Part shown: positions 1-13,149 of the stretch, in pieces
Position numbering within the stretch: position 1 is the stretch's first letter
Layout: every line of letters starts with the position of its first letter
NCBI GenBank assembly: GCA_028534125.1
Contig: CM052817.1
Location: forward strand, 4,652,001 to 4,716,000
Source of the DNA: Lama glama
Lineage: Eukaryota
DNA: 64,000 nucleotides
Direction of reading: 5' to 3'
Position numbers and translations under genes: made by a program
Notes under the pieces: model-generated
Database searches by the model: none
What the model was told of the DNA's origin: nothing
Seen by the model: the letters and a program-made list of their open reading frames with translations, nothing else

Positions 1-1004
1 TGTTTTTGCACAGAGTGTATCTAAACTTCGCATCAGTGCTCCTGAGGGACGTTTAAATAAAGACGAACTTGACGTGACCGTGTCTTCTGCTCACCGGTAC
101 TTCTGGTGGTGTTGTCGTGATGTTGCCCTCCGTCTGGGCGGCATGTCGACCGCATGTCCACTCACCCATCCACTCTCCATTCAGTGTTCCCAGGTCTCGC
201 GATCTGCTGTGTTTGCACACCTCATTAGCAATCCTTCCCCAGAAGCAGAACCCCTGCACTGCGATCGACCGTGCCTTCAGTTGTGTTGCCTCGGCGGTTA
301 GGCAGGGGTGGCTGGCACTTCTTTCGGAAACAGCCCACCCCTGTCATTTCAGAAGAGACTAGAGTTTAAGAATGCAAATCATGGGCTCATTTTCAGGTGA
401 CCTGACAAGAGAGAAAGCCGATGGTACAGATCCTTATAAAACTTAGGAAAGAAGGTACATGGACAGGGAGTGCATTTTAGGAACAGGTGGGAAAATCCAT
501 CCATCCACCTACAAAGACTGGGAAAGCCTCCAGATGGTCCTCTTCCTGTCTGCTTGCGCCCCGGTTTCATCCCTCAAGGCCGACCTGTCAAGGCCATCTC
601 CCTGAAGCCCCGTTCGAAAGGAAGTTTCGCAGCTTCCTAAAACCACAGGCCTGAACAACTCAATAACCATCTTGTTAGTTTTCTACTCTTTCAAATCTTT
701 TTCTACATTGTGGATTTTTTAAAATAATTACAAATGAAGAAACTTTTTAAAGGAAGAAACAAAGCTCCCCATATTGTAAACTGTTACTTTTATCTCTCTC
801 CTGATCCCAAAGGCAACTCTATTTAACTGATGATAATAATCATAATAAAAATAATAGTGGTAATAGCATGATGCCACTATTTATTGGGGGCTCATTAGAT
901 ACCAGATGCTATGCTATGCGTTGTCTCCTGTCATTTTATTGTTTGCTTTTCTCACACAAAACTGAGACTCAGAGAGCTTAAGACACTTCTCTAGGTCACA
1001 CAGC

Positions 1005-1631
1005 TGATGCAGGAGAACAGATTTGGGGCGTGAGGAGGGCCGTGTCCCAGGCTTCGACTGAGCCCCTGGAACGTGTCCCGCCAAGTGTGGGTCCTTGGCT
1101 TCGCACAGGGAAGAATTAAAGAGCGAGTCACAGTTGAGTGAAGGTAGATTTATTCAGAGAGGTAACATTGAAAGGCAAGAGAAAGGCCACGAGGTGTGGG
1201 GGTTGGGTGCTCAGATTAAAAGTAGGTACACACTCCATACACAGAGTGCAGGCCGTCTCCAAAGAGGGAGAGAGAGGGGCGGCCACGAGGCATCCTGTTG
1301 CTGGTTTTTATGGGCTTGGTGGCTTCATATGCTAATAAGTGGAAGGACCAGTCTAAGAGGAAGGGGCTGGGATTCCCAGGAAGTTGGCCATTTCCCACCC
1401 TGTGACCTCCTGTGGCTAGCCCTGGGACTGCCATGGCGCCTGTGGGCGTGTTATTCACCATGTTAATGTATTACAATGGGCATAGAATGAAGCTCAAGAT
1501 CTGCTAGAAGTTCAATCTCCCATCATCCTGAGCCTCAAGGCCTCCTGGGGGCTGAATCTTCCACCATTTTGATGTTAATTGCTGTGGCCGTCCTTGAATG
1601 GCTGTGCCCTGCCCCCTTCCCTCCCGGCTCA
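1005..1631 (-). mobile_element. ERV1-class solo LTR inserted into a MIR
   Basis: TG...CA termini with a 4-bp TSD CAGC (1001-1004 / 1632-1635). Minus-strand AATAAA (tttatt ~1149). The MIR motif ggtcacacagc|tagttaaatgg is split exactly at the insertion. Confidence 0.85.
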
Positions 1632-1736
1632 CAGCTAGTTAAATGGTAAACATGTGGATGAGAGATAACAGATCTGCCATAAACAAAACAGACAAAACTA
1701 TGCTGACTCTTAATTTGTTTGAGATTTTTGCACTTT

Positions 1737-2200
1737 TGTTACGGAAACGACAGGCCAGTCAAGAAACAAGCACCACTCGGAGGGTTGGAGTACTCAGATG
1801 TATTACGCCGGCGGTCTCAGAGGGGCTTCTGCTCCGAAGCTCTGAGCACCTCCAAGACGTGCGCATGAGGTTTTATAGGGTAAAGTACAAGCTTGGGGTA
1901 TTCGGCCAATAGGCATGGAACAGCTTTAGCAGCATCATTATCACAAAAGTGAAGGCAGGGAGGCAGCAAACCAACATTCCAAAGCCAGATACGTATCTTT
2001 GAAAACCCAGCTGGCTAGTAAAAAACAGGAAGAGCAAACCAACACTAATTAACCTTGATTTACAAGTTAGTCCAGCAGAACTCAGATCAGTATTCCAATG
2101 CTTAGATTTGTGAGTTATCTTGTTAGCCCAGCCCAGCATCTCCTTCACATTCCTAGACTTGTGAGTTATCTTGTTAGACCAGCCCGGCTTTTCCTTCACA
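1737..2200 (-). mobile_element. ERV1-class solo LTR, probably young
   Basis: TGTT...CACA termini with a 4-bp TSD CTTT (1733-1736 / 2201-2204). Minus-strand TATAAAA (ttttata ~1871); CpGs retained. Confidence 0.82.
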
Positions 2201-4009
2201 CTTTGATTAAATAGATGATGGGGTGGGTGGCAGTGTCTTTCCAGGCACAGAATTCAGTTTTTCTATCTTAAATTTAAGCAGTAATGACGTTTCTTTAGTA
2301 GGGTGCTATTTCATTCAGCAAATACTAACCCAGCTCACCTTTACTGAGTCCACCCCCCTCCTGGTGCAGGGTAGAGGAGAGGGTCTTAAATTTTGAACCC
2401 GTCCAGCAAAGCTTGGTTTAAGCTGACCTGCCTTTTGGGAGGGCCAGCCACATGAATACAGCTGGCTGCTTATATTTAAAGAGCGTTTCATCAGCATCTC
2501 CTTCCAGCGTTTGGATGAGCGATTCCTGATGTGACTCCTCTCTGCTCATGGGTGACATCCTGGCCTCTCTTCCTTCCTCGCCCACTTCTCCCCAGGGAGG
2601 GGGGTATCTGACTGGTGGGGGTAAAGAAGGAACTGGGCGTGCTCAGTGCGGCTCCCGCCTCTCTTTGGAAGCCAGCTTGCCTGCAGGAGGCCCCATTCTC
2701 TGCCCAGGATGTGGTGAACCTGCGGGAGGCCTGCTGTTTGGGGAGATGTCTGTTCATTTGCAGACACATCCGAGCCACGTGCTCCAACCTAGTTTTCATC
2801 GACTTTAAAGCTGACGTTTGCCATCTGTCTGGCTCACCCACGTATCCAGTTGTATTTGCTTCTAAACTTACACAAGGAGGAGAGGTCTGACGTCTTGAAC
2901 TTGGAAACCCGGTAACTCTTTGCTGGTGGTCAGGTTGATTTTATGTTTAAAGGACATCATGTTGCACATAAGAAACTAGGCCTTCGAAAGGCACAGTCTG
3001 TCAGGGAAACTAGTAAGGAAGTTGAACTTCACATTTAAAATAAGAGTATTTACCGGCATATCGTTTTGCAGATGAATTTTTATTACTTCAGGTAGCTTGA
3101 ATATTTAACTAAGCCTGTCATTAATACCGCATAGAAATGCAAAGCTGTATCTTCTCCTGGGGACGGAAGCCCTCTTCAGCCTCACGTTTTTATGGTGCGA
3201 GAATTAACAAACTAAGCTGCCGAAGGAGAAAGCGATGCTGGAGACTCTTTTCTTCACTTCACTGTCGGGGTGGTTGTTGCGCCTACAGAAGGCTTCACAC
3301 TTACCCGCGTTGTAGGAATGACGTTGCAGAAATGAAAGGAGCTGCGCCTGGTGGCCACCTCCCCCTGCCCTGCACCTCCGCAGGGGACTAGGCCTTACGG
3401 GAAGTTTGAGCCACTACCTGTCCAAGGGTGGGGAAGATTGTGACCAGTGGAGGTAACGTGAAAATCTGAGCTCGTGGCAGGTGTGGAATGAGGGGACTTG
3501 GCTTCCTTTTCTCATTCACCTGCCCAGCACCCGTGATTTCCTCTTAGGAACTTTAATAACATGCCGTAGCCCTTTCTGTGCCCTCCAGAGAAAGGCTGCC
3601 TACTTTCACCTGGCAGTGAGGACCTCTGTGATGTGGTTTCTGTCTGACCTCCATGGCCTTGCCTTCCATTCTTCAGCTTTGGTCTAATTCACTCTCTCAC
3701 TAACCCCATAGGGACCCCATGCCCTCCTGCCCCAGTGCCTTTGGTTGTGCTGTTCCCTCTGCCTGAACCCCTGGATCCTTCAATACTCTGTGCAAATGCC
3801 AATGTCTTCACAACCGTCCCTTACCCCTCTCCCTGCTCCATCCTATAAAATATCATAGCACTATATATGGACCTCCTTTATGGCACTGACCATACTCTAC
3901 CTTTAATAATGAAATTAATACCAACAATAACTGCACTTAGCCATTATGCAGCACTCCAGTGTGGTGGGCACTGGCTTAGGCAATTAAAAGAGGTAGATTA
4001 TTAAGTAAT

Positions 4010-5780
4010 CAAAATAACCCTACTGGGAACTTTTCTTTTGCTTCTGTCCAAGATGGAATTAAAGGGTCAAATTACCCCCTCACATAAAACAAAACAAAGA
4101 AAAAAACAAAAAAACAATGAACAAAGTGTATAAAACAATGGTTTTTAAAATATTGGACAACAGTGAAAAGTCCCCTGAGAAACAGGGACCGGATGACGTG
4201 CGCCTGTGAGTGTCCAGGCCTGAGAAAGTAACAGGCTGTCCTGGCCGTGTCCCCGCGCTGCCAGAGGGTGGGTTCTTGTCGCCTGCGGGGAGGACTTCAA
4301 GAGCGAGGCCTCGTGAAGGGACAGTAAGGTTATTCAGGGAGACGCACACTCCGTTGACAGAGTGCGGGCCGCCTTGGAAGGCCCGAGAGAGCCACCGCGA
4401 GGTGCGGGGTCAGTTCCTATGGGCTTGGTCATTTCACACGCTGATGAGTAGGAGGGTTATTCCGGCTACTCTGGGGAAGGGACTGGGCTTCGCCCACTTT
4501 TTGGCCTTTTATGATCATGGCAGCTGTGGGTGCACCGTGAGGCTCCAGGTCTACTAGAAGTCGAATCTTCTGCCGTCTTGGTTCTAACCAGTGCGTCCTG
4601 TCTTCAGTCGCTGTGTCATTCCTTCAGTGGTTGTGCCCTGCCCTCTTCCCTCCTGTATCCTCAGGGAAGGGAGCCAGGCAGGACCTGGCTGACTCTTCAG
4701 TGAAGAAGACAAAGCTTGGGATTCAGGGAAGGCAAGTTGCTAGATTTCACAGGACAGAGGACTGGAAAAGAAAGAGCCGCACCGAGAGGCAACTCGAGCT
4801 ATCCACTGGGTCCTCCGAGCTCTCAGCTGAGAACTGCTCTGCCCACGTTGGGGAGACTACCCAAAGCCAGGAAAGGGACCGCCCTGAGGTTTAGAGGGAA
4901 GAGTTCCCAGTACTCACACAGGGCTGGGAACAGTAAGGGTTCCCTCCACCCAGGCTAGAAACCCTCGTAATTCATGAAGCATCTGATACAGTCCTCAAAA
5001 AGATCTTTCTTCATTAGCAGGAATTATTGGACCTAAACGTAGTTCTGCTCTGGTCCTACCTAAAAAATTCTTTGAAACGTGACCAGAAAAGAACAAACTT
5101 TTCAAGTCACTTACCTGCTTCCCAGAACAAAACTCAAGAATTTTCTGTACCATATAGACAGACAAAAATACCCATGACTGACAAGATAAAATTCATAATC
5201 CCTGGCATCCAGTTAAAAATTACCAGGAAGGCAACAAAGCAGGAAAATATAAAACCAATCCAGGAATGGCACAGATGTCAGAATTAGCAGAGAAGAGCAT
5301 TAGAGCAGTCATTATAAACTGTTTCATGTGTTCAAAACATGTTAAGTAGAGGTATGGTAGATAGAAAAGACCAACTCAGACTTACAGAGATGAAAACTAT
5401 GAATTTTATATATACACACACACACAAACATGAGTGATGTAACATATATATTTCAAATAGGATTAACTGCAGAATAGAGAATGCAGAAAAAAAAACTAGT
5501 AGCTGTTGGCTTGAAGACATAGCAATATATACACTACCTAAAATGAAAACAAAAAAAATGAGCAGAGCATCAGTGTGCTGTGGGACAACTTCAAGTCACC
5601 TGTATACAGCGGAAACTGGATTTGAAGGAGAGGAAAGAGAAGACAGAAAAACATGAGAAGAAATAATGGCTGAAACATTTCCCAAATTTGATGAGAGCTA
5701 TAAACCCACAGATTCAAGAAGCTAAGCACATCCCAAACGTAGGCAACATGAAGAAAGTTACACCAAGATACATGGTGAGC
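4010..5780 (+). mobile_element. Old L1 (L1M-type) 5'/ORF1-region remnant, interrupted by an LTR
   Basis: A-rich L1 ORF1-region motifs (gaagaaataatggctgaaacatttcccaaatttgatg, taaacccacagattcaagaagct); no intact ORF. Confidence 0.7.
4221..4663 (-). mobile_element. Older solo LTR related to the 1005-1631 LTR, inserted in an L1 remnant
   Basis: Colinear shared blocks with the 1005 element (aagagcgag, tattcag, cacactcc, agagtgc, tatgggcttggt, ctagaagt, tgtgccctgccc..ttccctcc..tca). No clear TSD. Confidence 0.7.
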
Positions 5781-6954
5781 AAGCTAGTAAGTGACCGAGC
5801 TGAATTCACAGCCTAGCGTCTGGCCCTGGAGCTCACGCCCGGCAGCCTGGTGCCTACCTCCTTCCCCAGTCCTGAGCTCCTTCAGGGTCAGACCCACGTC
5901 TGGTTCATCGTTGCCGCCTCTCTGCCCTCTCCCCATCCCCTGGGTGCATCACACACTCCTTTATATTAGACATATTTGGTGCTCATTAAATTTTTTTTGG
6001 ATTAATAAACAAAGGTGTAAGTATATTTTCTGTTTGCAAACTTACTGTGAAAAAAATGACTGTGGGAAAAGGGAGTTTGCTGGAAGACTGTCAGCATCTG
6101 TAAAGCCCTTTAGAGACAGCTTCCAAGCGTCCCCATTTAGAAGTCATCAGACACACTGTTGAGTCTCCTTCTCATCGGGCATTGCCCAGTCTTGCAAGGA
6201 CCTTGGAGCACCGGTATGAGCTGCGCAAACTTCTTCCTACAGGCTGAGTACGGCTGTGGACCTTTGAAGAAAGCCCACCATGAAGGCACAGGCCAGTGAT
6301 CTGCAGTTACCATGGAAACTAATCATTGGCTGTCATCTGGATCTCCAAACTAGGGAACGATCAGGGTCTAGTAGCATCCTTTTGAGAACAAGACTTCATG
6401 TTCCCTTTCAAGCCAGGAAGTGAACCTCTTTCTTCCAGAGGCGCTGTTTTCATGCTGTGATTCTGTGCATCGTTGTCTCTGAGCCCTGATGGGGGTGGGC
6501 TGTTCTGTGAACCAAATATGCCCACAGCGTGTCTTGGAAGAACTGGCCTCATTTGTAGTCCTTCCTCATTCTCCAAGGTTTGTGGCAAGCACCACCTCTC
6601 CATGAAGCTTTTGAAAGTCCCCAGCAGAATTTTCTTCCCCAGCCAACGACACCCAAAGTGGGCCTTTTGCTTCTTTGGGGCTCTCTTTTGCTTCCCGCTG
6701 CGTCCGAGTTTTTCCTCAAAGACAGATCAGAGAGGTGAAGTCTGAGCTTTTCAAACTGGGACTTGCATTCCCCTGAAGTTCACATGATGGGCGCAGGGAA
6801 GTGGTGCAGCTGTGGGAGAGCTCGGGCCACCGTCTCCTACCAGCCTGTGCTTCATGTCAGTATCTCTCCCTGTGCCAGCTACACTAAAACCTCTGAATAT
6901 AAACATGGATATTAAAAATAGGTTATGTGGCAGGACACAAAATTCCACAAATTT

Positions 6955-7390
6955 TTTTTTCAATTTTTAAAAATTATGGTAAAAGATACATAACATGAAA
7001 TGTCTCGTTTTAACCTTTGTTAAGTGTCCAGTTCAGGGGCATTAAGTATGTTCACATTGTGTGCAGCTGTCAGCACCATCCACCTCCTGAACTTTTTCAT
7101 CTTCCCAGCCTGAACCTCTGTCCATGTTAAACACGAACCCCCATTCCCTCCGCTCCCTGGTTGCCCCTGGCAACAACCTTCTGACTCTATGAATTTGACG
7201 ATTCTAGGGAACTCATGTAAGTGGTATCATATAGGATTTGTACTTTCATGACTGGTTGATTTCACTCTGCACAATGTCTTCCATGTTGTAGCATGTGCTT
7301 GAATTTCCTTTTTAGGGCTGCATAATATTCCATTCTATAGATAGACCATCTGTTGAGGGGCACGTGGGTTGCTTTGACTTTGGGCTCTTG
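6955..7390 (-). mobile_element. L1 3' end (L1MA/L1MB-like)
   Basis: Antisense L1 3'UTR motifs (cagttcaggggcattaagtatgttcacattg, gtaagtggtatcatatagg) with a T-rich tail at the left end. Confidence 0.7.
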
Positions 7391-8427
7391 TGAGTATAAT
7401 CCCACAAACCTTTAAAGATAAAATGAAAGGCTTCAGTGAGATACTGTGTTTGTGCAGGCTACTTTGGGGGTGGTAGTTTAGCTCCCTATACAAGGGAGAA
7501 GGGTATATGCTTATAGGAACCTGCTTTTAGGGTCTCAGGTGGTGACATCCGAGAAGTGTTAGACTACATTGTTCACGATAGCAAGTTTTCTAGAGAGAGC
7601 ATAGGAGGTAGTGGAAACAGGGCGGGGAAATGTGTAGATGCCGGAATGAACTATTTAGTTGAGTGAATGAGTGGAGTGAATGGATTCACTCATCTAGAAG
7701 CTACGGGACCTTCAGGTGCTGCTCCCCTGGGAGGAGCTCTGTCCTGTCGGGATAAGCAGTGTGGCACCAGCTGGGGGGAAGAGCATGAAAAAAGGAAACA
7801 GAGAAGCGGGCAGCAAACCTGCAGGGTGAGGATGTTTCAGAGGCTATTTAGGAACCAGCGACCCAAAGGACAAATAGGAGACTTTCAAGAAGACGAGGAT
7901 GCTGGGAGTTTCAACCATAGCAAAGAGCTCAGACAGTTGACGCAAAGAGCATGGTGTGTATGGCCATGAGCCATCAGGAGGAGCGAAGTCCCGGGCGTGG
8001 GGGTGGGGGTGGCGGGAGAACACACCAGACCTTTCCAGCTGTGCCCGAGCTGGGATCTGGGTGGGAGGGCCTCGGAGCCCGTGTTAGGAAGACTGGACTT
8101 TCCTCCTTTAGGATGGAGAGTTTCAATGGATTTTGCGCTGGAGAGCAGCGCAGTTCGATTTACCTCTGAGAGGGATAAATGCGGAATGAACAGCTAGACT
8201 CCAAAAGCCCCGCAGAGCCTTTATAAGCAGAGATGCCCTTGCGGCTTCAGTTACACACCGTGGATTCCGGTGCTGCTGCTTTGTAACTGAGACTGTCCTC
8301 AGCGTCCAAGTTCATATCTGGCTGACTGCCCGCGCCAGTACAAACACGGGGGCTGGTTGTAAGCTGCGCGCTCCCTCCTCCCCCTCCCTCCACTCACCGC
8401 TCTCTGGTCTTGGCTGGCCCCTCCCAG

Positions 8428-8655
8428 GTCCGAGGAGAGTTGCTCCGGGAGAGAGTGCAGCAGCTGGAGGCCCAGGAGGGGCGCTTTGCTGAGTCCCTCG
8501 TCTCCCTGCAGTTCCAGAAGGCGGCCAGGATGGCCAAGACGCTGCGGGCCTACACCGCCCTCCTGACCCTCCAGGACCTGCTCCTGGAGGAGCTGAGCGC
8601 GTCGGAGACCCTGACCAAGGCGGCCTGCGCACAGATCCTGGAGTCGCACAGCCCG
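8428..8655 (+). CDS. EVC2: EVC2 (limbin) internal coding exon, equivalent to human exon 17
   Basis: ctcccag|GTC acceptor, CCG|gtgagt donor; 228 nt, phase 0/0. Encodes VRGELLRERVQQLEAQEGRFAESLVSLQFQKAARMAKTLRAYTALLTLQDLLLEELSASETLTKAACAQILESHSP, recognisably the EVC2 coiled-coil region. Confidence 0.96.
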
Positions 8656-10259
8656 GTGAGTGCAGGACTTGGGAAGGAAGGGGATGGAGGCCACATCGCA
8701 TCCCTGGGTGGTTCATGCTTCCATTTCTCCCACCATCAGATGGGCGGTCAGCTGTCCTGTCTCCGCCGTAGGTCCCGGGGAGGGTTAAGTGAAGTAACTT
8801 ACATGGGAGCCCGATGCACTCCGCAGCCCGAGGAAGCTCATGTTTTGAATTTTAACATTTTAACATCTGAGAAACCCGGATGCATCTGACAGCCAGCAAC
8901 AGTATTGTTTCTTTTATCGAGCTCTGATAAATAGCCATCTAGCTTTCAAATAATGGCGCCTTAGATGCAGTGAAGCAGCAGATTACTTTTTATTGTCGTA
9001 ATTCTAATTATTAGCTTTAGTCTCCATGCTGCATTTTTCCCAAGGCATTGAGAGGTATATCCATAAAACAAAAGCTATCGACATAACTGTTTTGAGGACC
9101 AATTTTTAGTCCTTTATGTGTGATTTTAGAATCTTATACATTATCATAGTTACTTCTGTCGAGGAAAGGTAGCTCACGTTTGCTGAGTGCGGCGCGTGCG
9201 GCAGGCAGGCACTGGTGCGCTGGGAATGCGTGTGCTCTCATCTCAGCGTGAATATTCTTTCCTTAATCGTGCATCTTTAAGGTGACCCTTTGAGCATGAT
9301 TAATTTAGCTTCAGTTTTATGCCGCTTGGCAGTTATGCTTTTTGTCAGACATTACGAGGATTAATCACTGAGCCGTGCTGTCAAGTGGGTACTGTTCCCG
9401 TGCCCAGTTCTCAGGTGAAGAAATGAGGTTTGGGTGGCAGGTCAAGTTCTTTCTGAGATCTGCGTGGCTAATAAGAGACGGGAGCCAGAAATGCACCTGT
9501 TTCTGACTTCAGCCCGCCAGGTCACGTTCACGGGCTGTCCTGGTTGATCGTGCTAACGGGGGTTCCCACGTTTCCTTAGAGAAGTCATAAATGACGTTAG
9601 CCGCTGAGAAGTCCAAGGCTATTTTTCCAGCAAACACGGTGCGCCCCGCGCTCGGACACCTGTTCTTAGGGATAGGAAGGAAGGGAGCTTTGTTGATATT
9701 CCAGCACAAACATCCAGATGCTGGATAAATACAAATAAACAGGCTTTTTAGTGCTCTGTAAGTTTGCAAGAGAATGTGAAAATCCCCCAGGGCCAAGGGT
9801 AACCTGGAGAAACCTGAACTCACAGAGGGAGAGGAAAGCAAATTCAGGGGCTGAAATCCGAGGGGAAAGGGTGAAACCAAGAACCCAGGGACCTGGCGAT
9901 TAATTTGAAGGCACAGGAGGAGGGGCTGTGGGATGTCCTGAGGAGACGGACCACCCAGTGAGGGAAGGAGGAGAAGGCCACTTGTGGTCAAAAGCCACCA
10001 GGGTAAAAGCTGCCCTCGTCCAGCTCTGCGGGCGGGGGGGGGGGGGCGCTCCCTTCTGTGAATTTGCCATCAAAGCCTCTCCTGACAGGAAGAAGGACTC
10101 CAAAAATACTGTAGCCCATTCAGTAAGGAAATCTCCAAGGTGATACATTTAAATGTAAGTGGTTCCAGATTGGATGGCTGCCCCTGGTGCGTGGCTGAAG
10201 CTACCAGATACTGCCCAGAGGAAAATATTCTCCATCCGGGTGCCTCAGCATTTCCACAG

Positions 10260-11960
10260 ATTAAGTTCAGCCAGATATGCGTTCTCAGTTAAAATTTAAA
10301 AGGTCACTGAACACAGGAAGAAGCCAGGCAAGATGACCTAAGTACAGGAGAAACAACAACAACAGAAAAACCCAATAGATTAAAATCGTCAAAGACTTTC
10401 GCTGTCTGAATTATCAGCACAGAATGTATAATGATAACTTAGGAAACTATTAAAGAAATTAAAGATAATGCCAGAACGATGTAAAGATTTCATTCCTCCA
10501 GAGAGCAGAGTGATTCTAAACTTGCATAGATGTCATAAAAGACCCAAACTAACAAGAAAGAAAAACTGATAAAACAGCAGGGAGAAACCGACAGATCTGC
10601 CGTCATAGCAGGGAATTTTCAGCACAGCTCGTTCTGTGGTTACTTGTTCATCATATGAAACACGAGCGAAGATACAGATGAGCCCAATCGCACATTTAAC
10701 AACCTGGACTTAATGGACGTGTGCAGAATCTCACAGCCAACATTTAACAAATGTATGTTCTTCTTCAGCACATTGGGACAGTTGAAAAGTAATTGATCGT
10801 GCAAAATCACGGTGACCATTTTGAAAAGGGGCAATTAAGTTTAAATCAGTTTTTTAAAAGATGAAAACATCCATACTTTGGAAGTTGTAGAATATACTTC
10901 TGAATAATTCATGGATCAGAGACATCATCATGGAAGTTTCAAAATTCAAAGAACGAAAAATAACGTAGGTACAAACGTATCAAAATCTGCAGGATTCAGC
11001 TTAGGCAGTTTTTAGAGAGAAATTTTGCCCTTAAACTTATATGAGAAAAGAAGAAAAGCTCACAATTCAAATCATATAAAAAGTTAGGGGGAAAACAACC
11101 ACAAAGGAAGCTGTAGAAAGTAGAAGGCGGAAAGAGAGTGTAAACAAAATGCAAAGCCTCCTGCAGAGAGAGTCAAGACAGTGAGAAGTTGCATTTCTTG
11201 AGAAAAGTCTAATAAAATATATAAATATCTGGCAAAGAATGATCATTTAAAAGAGAAATAAGGGAGAAGGCTAAAAGATAACACAAGGCAGGTACAGTCG
11301 AGTTTTAAAAAATAAAAATAATAGTTCTGTGTGGATAAATTTAAACACTGAAAATTTTTCAAAAAAAAAATAGCTCGCCAAAACTGACTCAAGTCAAAAA
11401 AAAATCTGTGCCTTCCTGTTACGATGAAAGAAATTGATTCAGTAGTTCTGAAATCTTCTGATACACGTGTACAAATATTTAACCTCAATAGTTTTATAGG
11501 TGAGCTCCACCAAACTTAAAGGTAGCACATTTTTTCAATCTCATATGCAAATTATTTTTGAACTTTAAAAAAAATATGGACTAGTCCTCATTTCATGAAG
11601 CTCAGCTAACTTTGACACCAAAAGCAGACAGGAATAGTATGAGAAAGAGCAGAGTTCAGTCTTACTTATGAACATAGATGTACAAGTCATAAATAAAATG
11701 TTAATAGCATAATCCAGCGATCTGTAAAAAAAAGTAATGCAGCATGGCCAGATAGAATTTTCCCTGGGAATATAAGGTTGGCTTAACATTAAAACATCCA
11801 TGTACAAAGTTAATCAGATTAACGGATTAAAGAAGCAGCTCCTATGATCACTTCGGTATACACAGAAAAATGTTTTATTGAATTCAGCACGCATCCAATA
11901 TAAAACTCCTTAGCAGATAATAACAGGAGGAAATCCCTGCAGGGTATTTACCCAAACCCA
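10260..11960 (+). mobile_element. Degraded old L1 ORF2 fragments
   Basis: A-rich L1 ORF2 remnants (caacctggacttaatggac, ggaatataaggttggcttaacatt) with many stops and frameshifts. Confidence 0.7.
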
Positions 11961-13149
11961 CAGCAGATCTTCCTGCCAGGCGGTTGGTGTGGAGGTGAGT
12001 GCCTGCCCGGGATTACAGATGAAGGAGGTGAAGCTTCAGAGGAGGCGCAGGTCCAACGTCAAGTATCAAACAAGTTGGAAACAAAATAAGATGCTAGGAG
12101 CCTCTGGCCTTCAGTCCACAGTTCATCTCCTCCTCATAAGCGCTCTGAGAAACACCTGGATGCAGCTCTAAAACACCTAGTTGTCCTTTTTACTTGAGAC
12201 GACCTTCATTTTTATTAGAAATTCGGTTGCACACTTACCTTTTCAGTTTCATCTTAAAGCCCTGTCGGGTAATGTCAGAGCTTGCTCATTCTCAAGTGTG
12301 TTTAGAATGAAAGAGTTAGTACCCCAAATTAGAGGCAAGGATAATAAATCAGAGGATGCTGCATTACTGAGTCCCTGGGAAGGCGATGGATATGTTGCCA
12401 GTTTTTCCCCTCAATTTGCATTTAGAGGGAAGATCAACCAACCTGTTGTTTTGCTCCCGATGTTAGACTTTCATTCTGCGATTTGATCGTTCTGTGAAAA
12501 CCACTTTCCCAGTGGGAACGGGCTTTTAAGCTGCTACACATTCAGGAGAATTTTAGAAAGCATGAAATGAGATGCTTTGGGAGAACGACTCCTAAGAAAG
12601 CGATACCAAGTTCCCCTCACTTGATGAAAGATGTGGGCTCACTTTGTGAAACTCCACACACGCAGGGCATGATGGAATCGCTGGGCCGAGTGGCGAGCAC
12701 GGGCAATTTTAAATCAGGTGGACTCACTCGTAACAGATAACATGGCCCCAGACTAACTGTACGCGCTGTATTTGCATCTCGGTTTAAACTGCTGCATATC
12801 CCTTTTTCCAAGCCCGACTGGCATCTTCCCCTGTTCTCCCCTCTGCTAGTCTGCGAGGCCGCCCGTCTTCAGTTCTGCCTGACTTCTCTCCCTTCTGGCG
12901 TCTGCTGCCCAGGTTCACTGCCCTGACCAGCCTAAATCTGAAAAACAACACACAACTGAGCTCGCATCAACTGAGCTCTCATTAAGCCCAGGGCGTCGAG
13001 TTAAATTTGTACGCCTTCCGTCCCCTCGCTGGTATTTTTATTCCCATTCTACAGATGAAGGACTTGAGGCTTACGAAGCTCAACTCATTTCACAGGGTCC
13101 CACAGCTGCCGAGCAGAGCCGACACCCCTGCCTGCAAAGCCCTTCTCCT

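Noticed and set aside
139..159. Tandem gcatgtc half-sites resembling a p53/p63 element
   Set aside because: Four mismatches to RRRCWWGYYY x2, within chance expectation.
8299..8889. Overlapping ORFs around the first EVC2 exon
   Set aside because: Only 8428-8655 is bounded by splice sites and EVC2-like; the rest is intronic read-through or antisense shadow.
9949..9957. Perfect GLI consensus GACCACCCA in an EVC2 intron
   Set aside because: About 0.5 copies of a given 9-mer are expected by chance in 64 kb on two strands. It is a single site with no supporting context.
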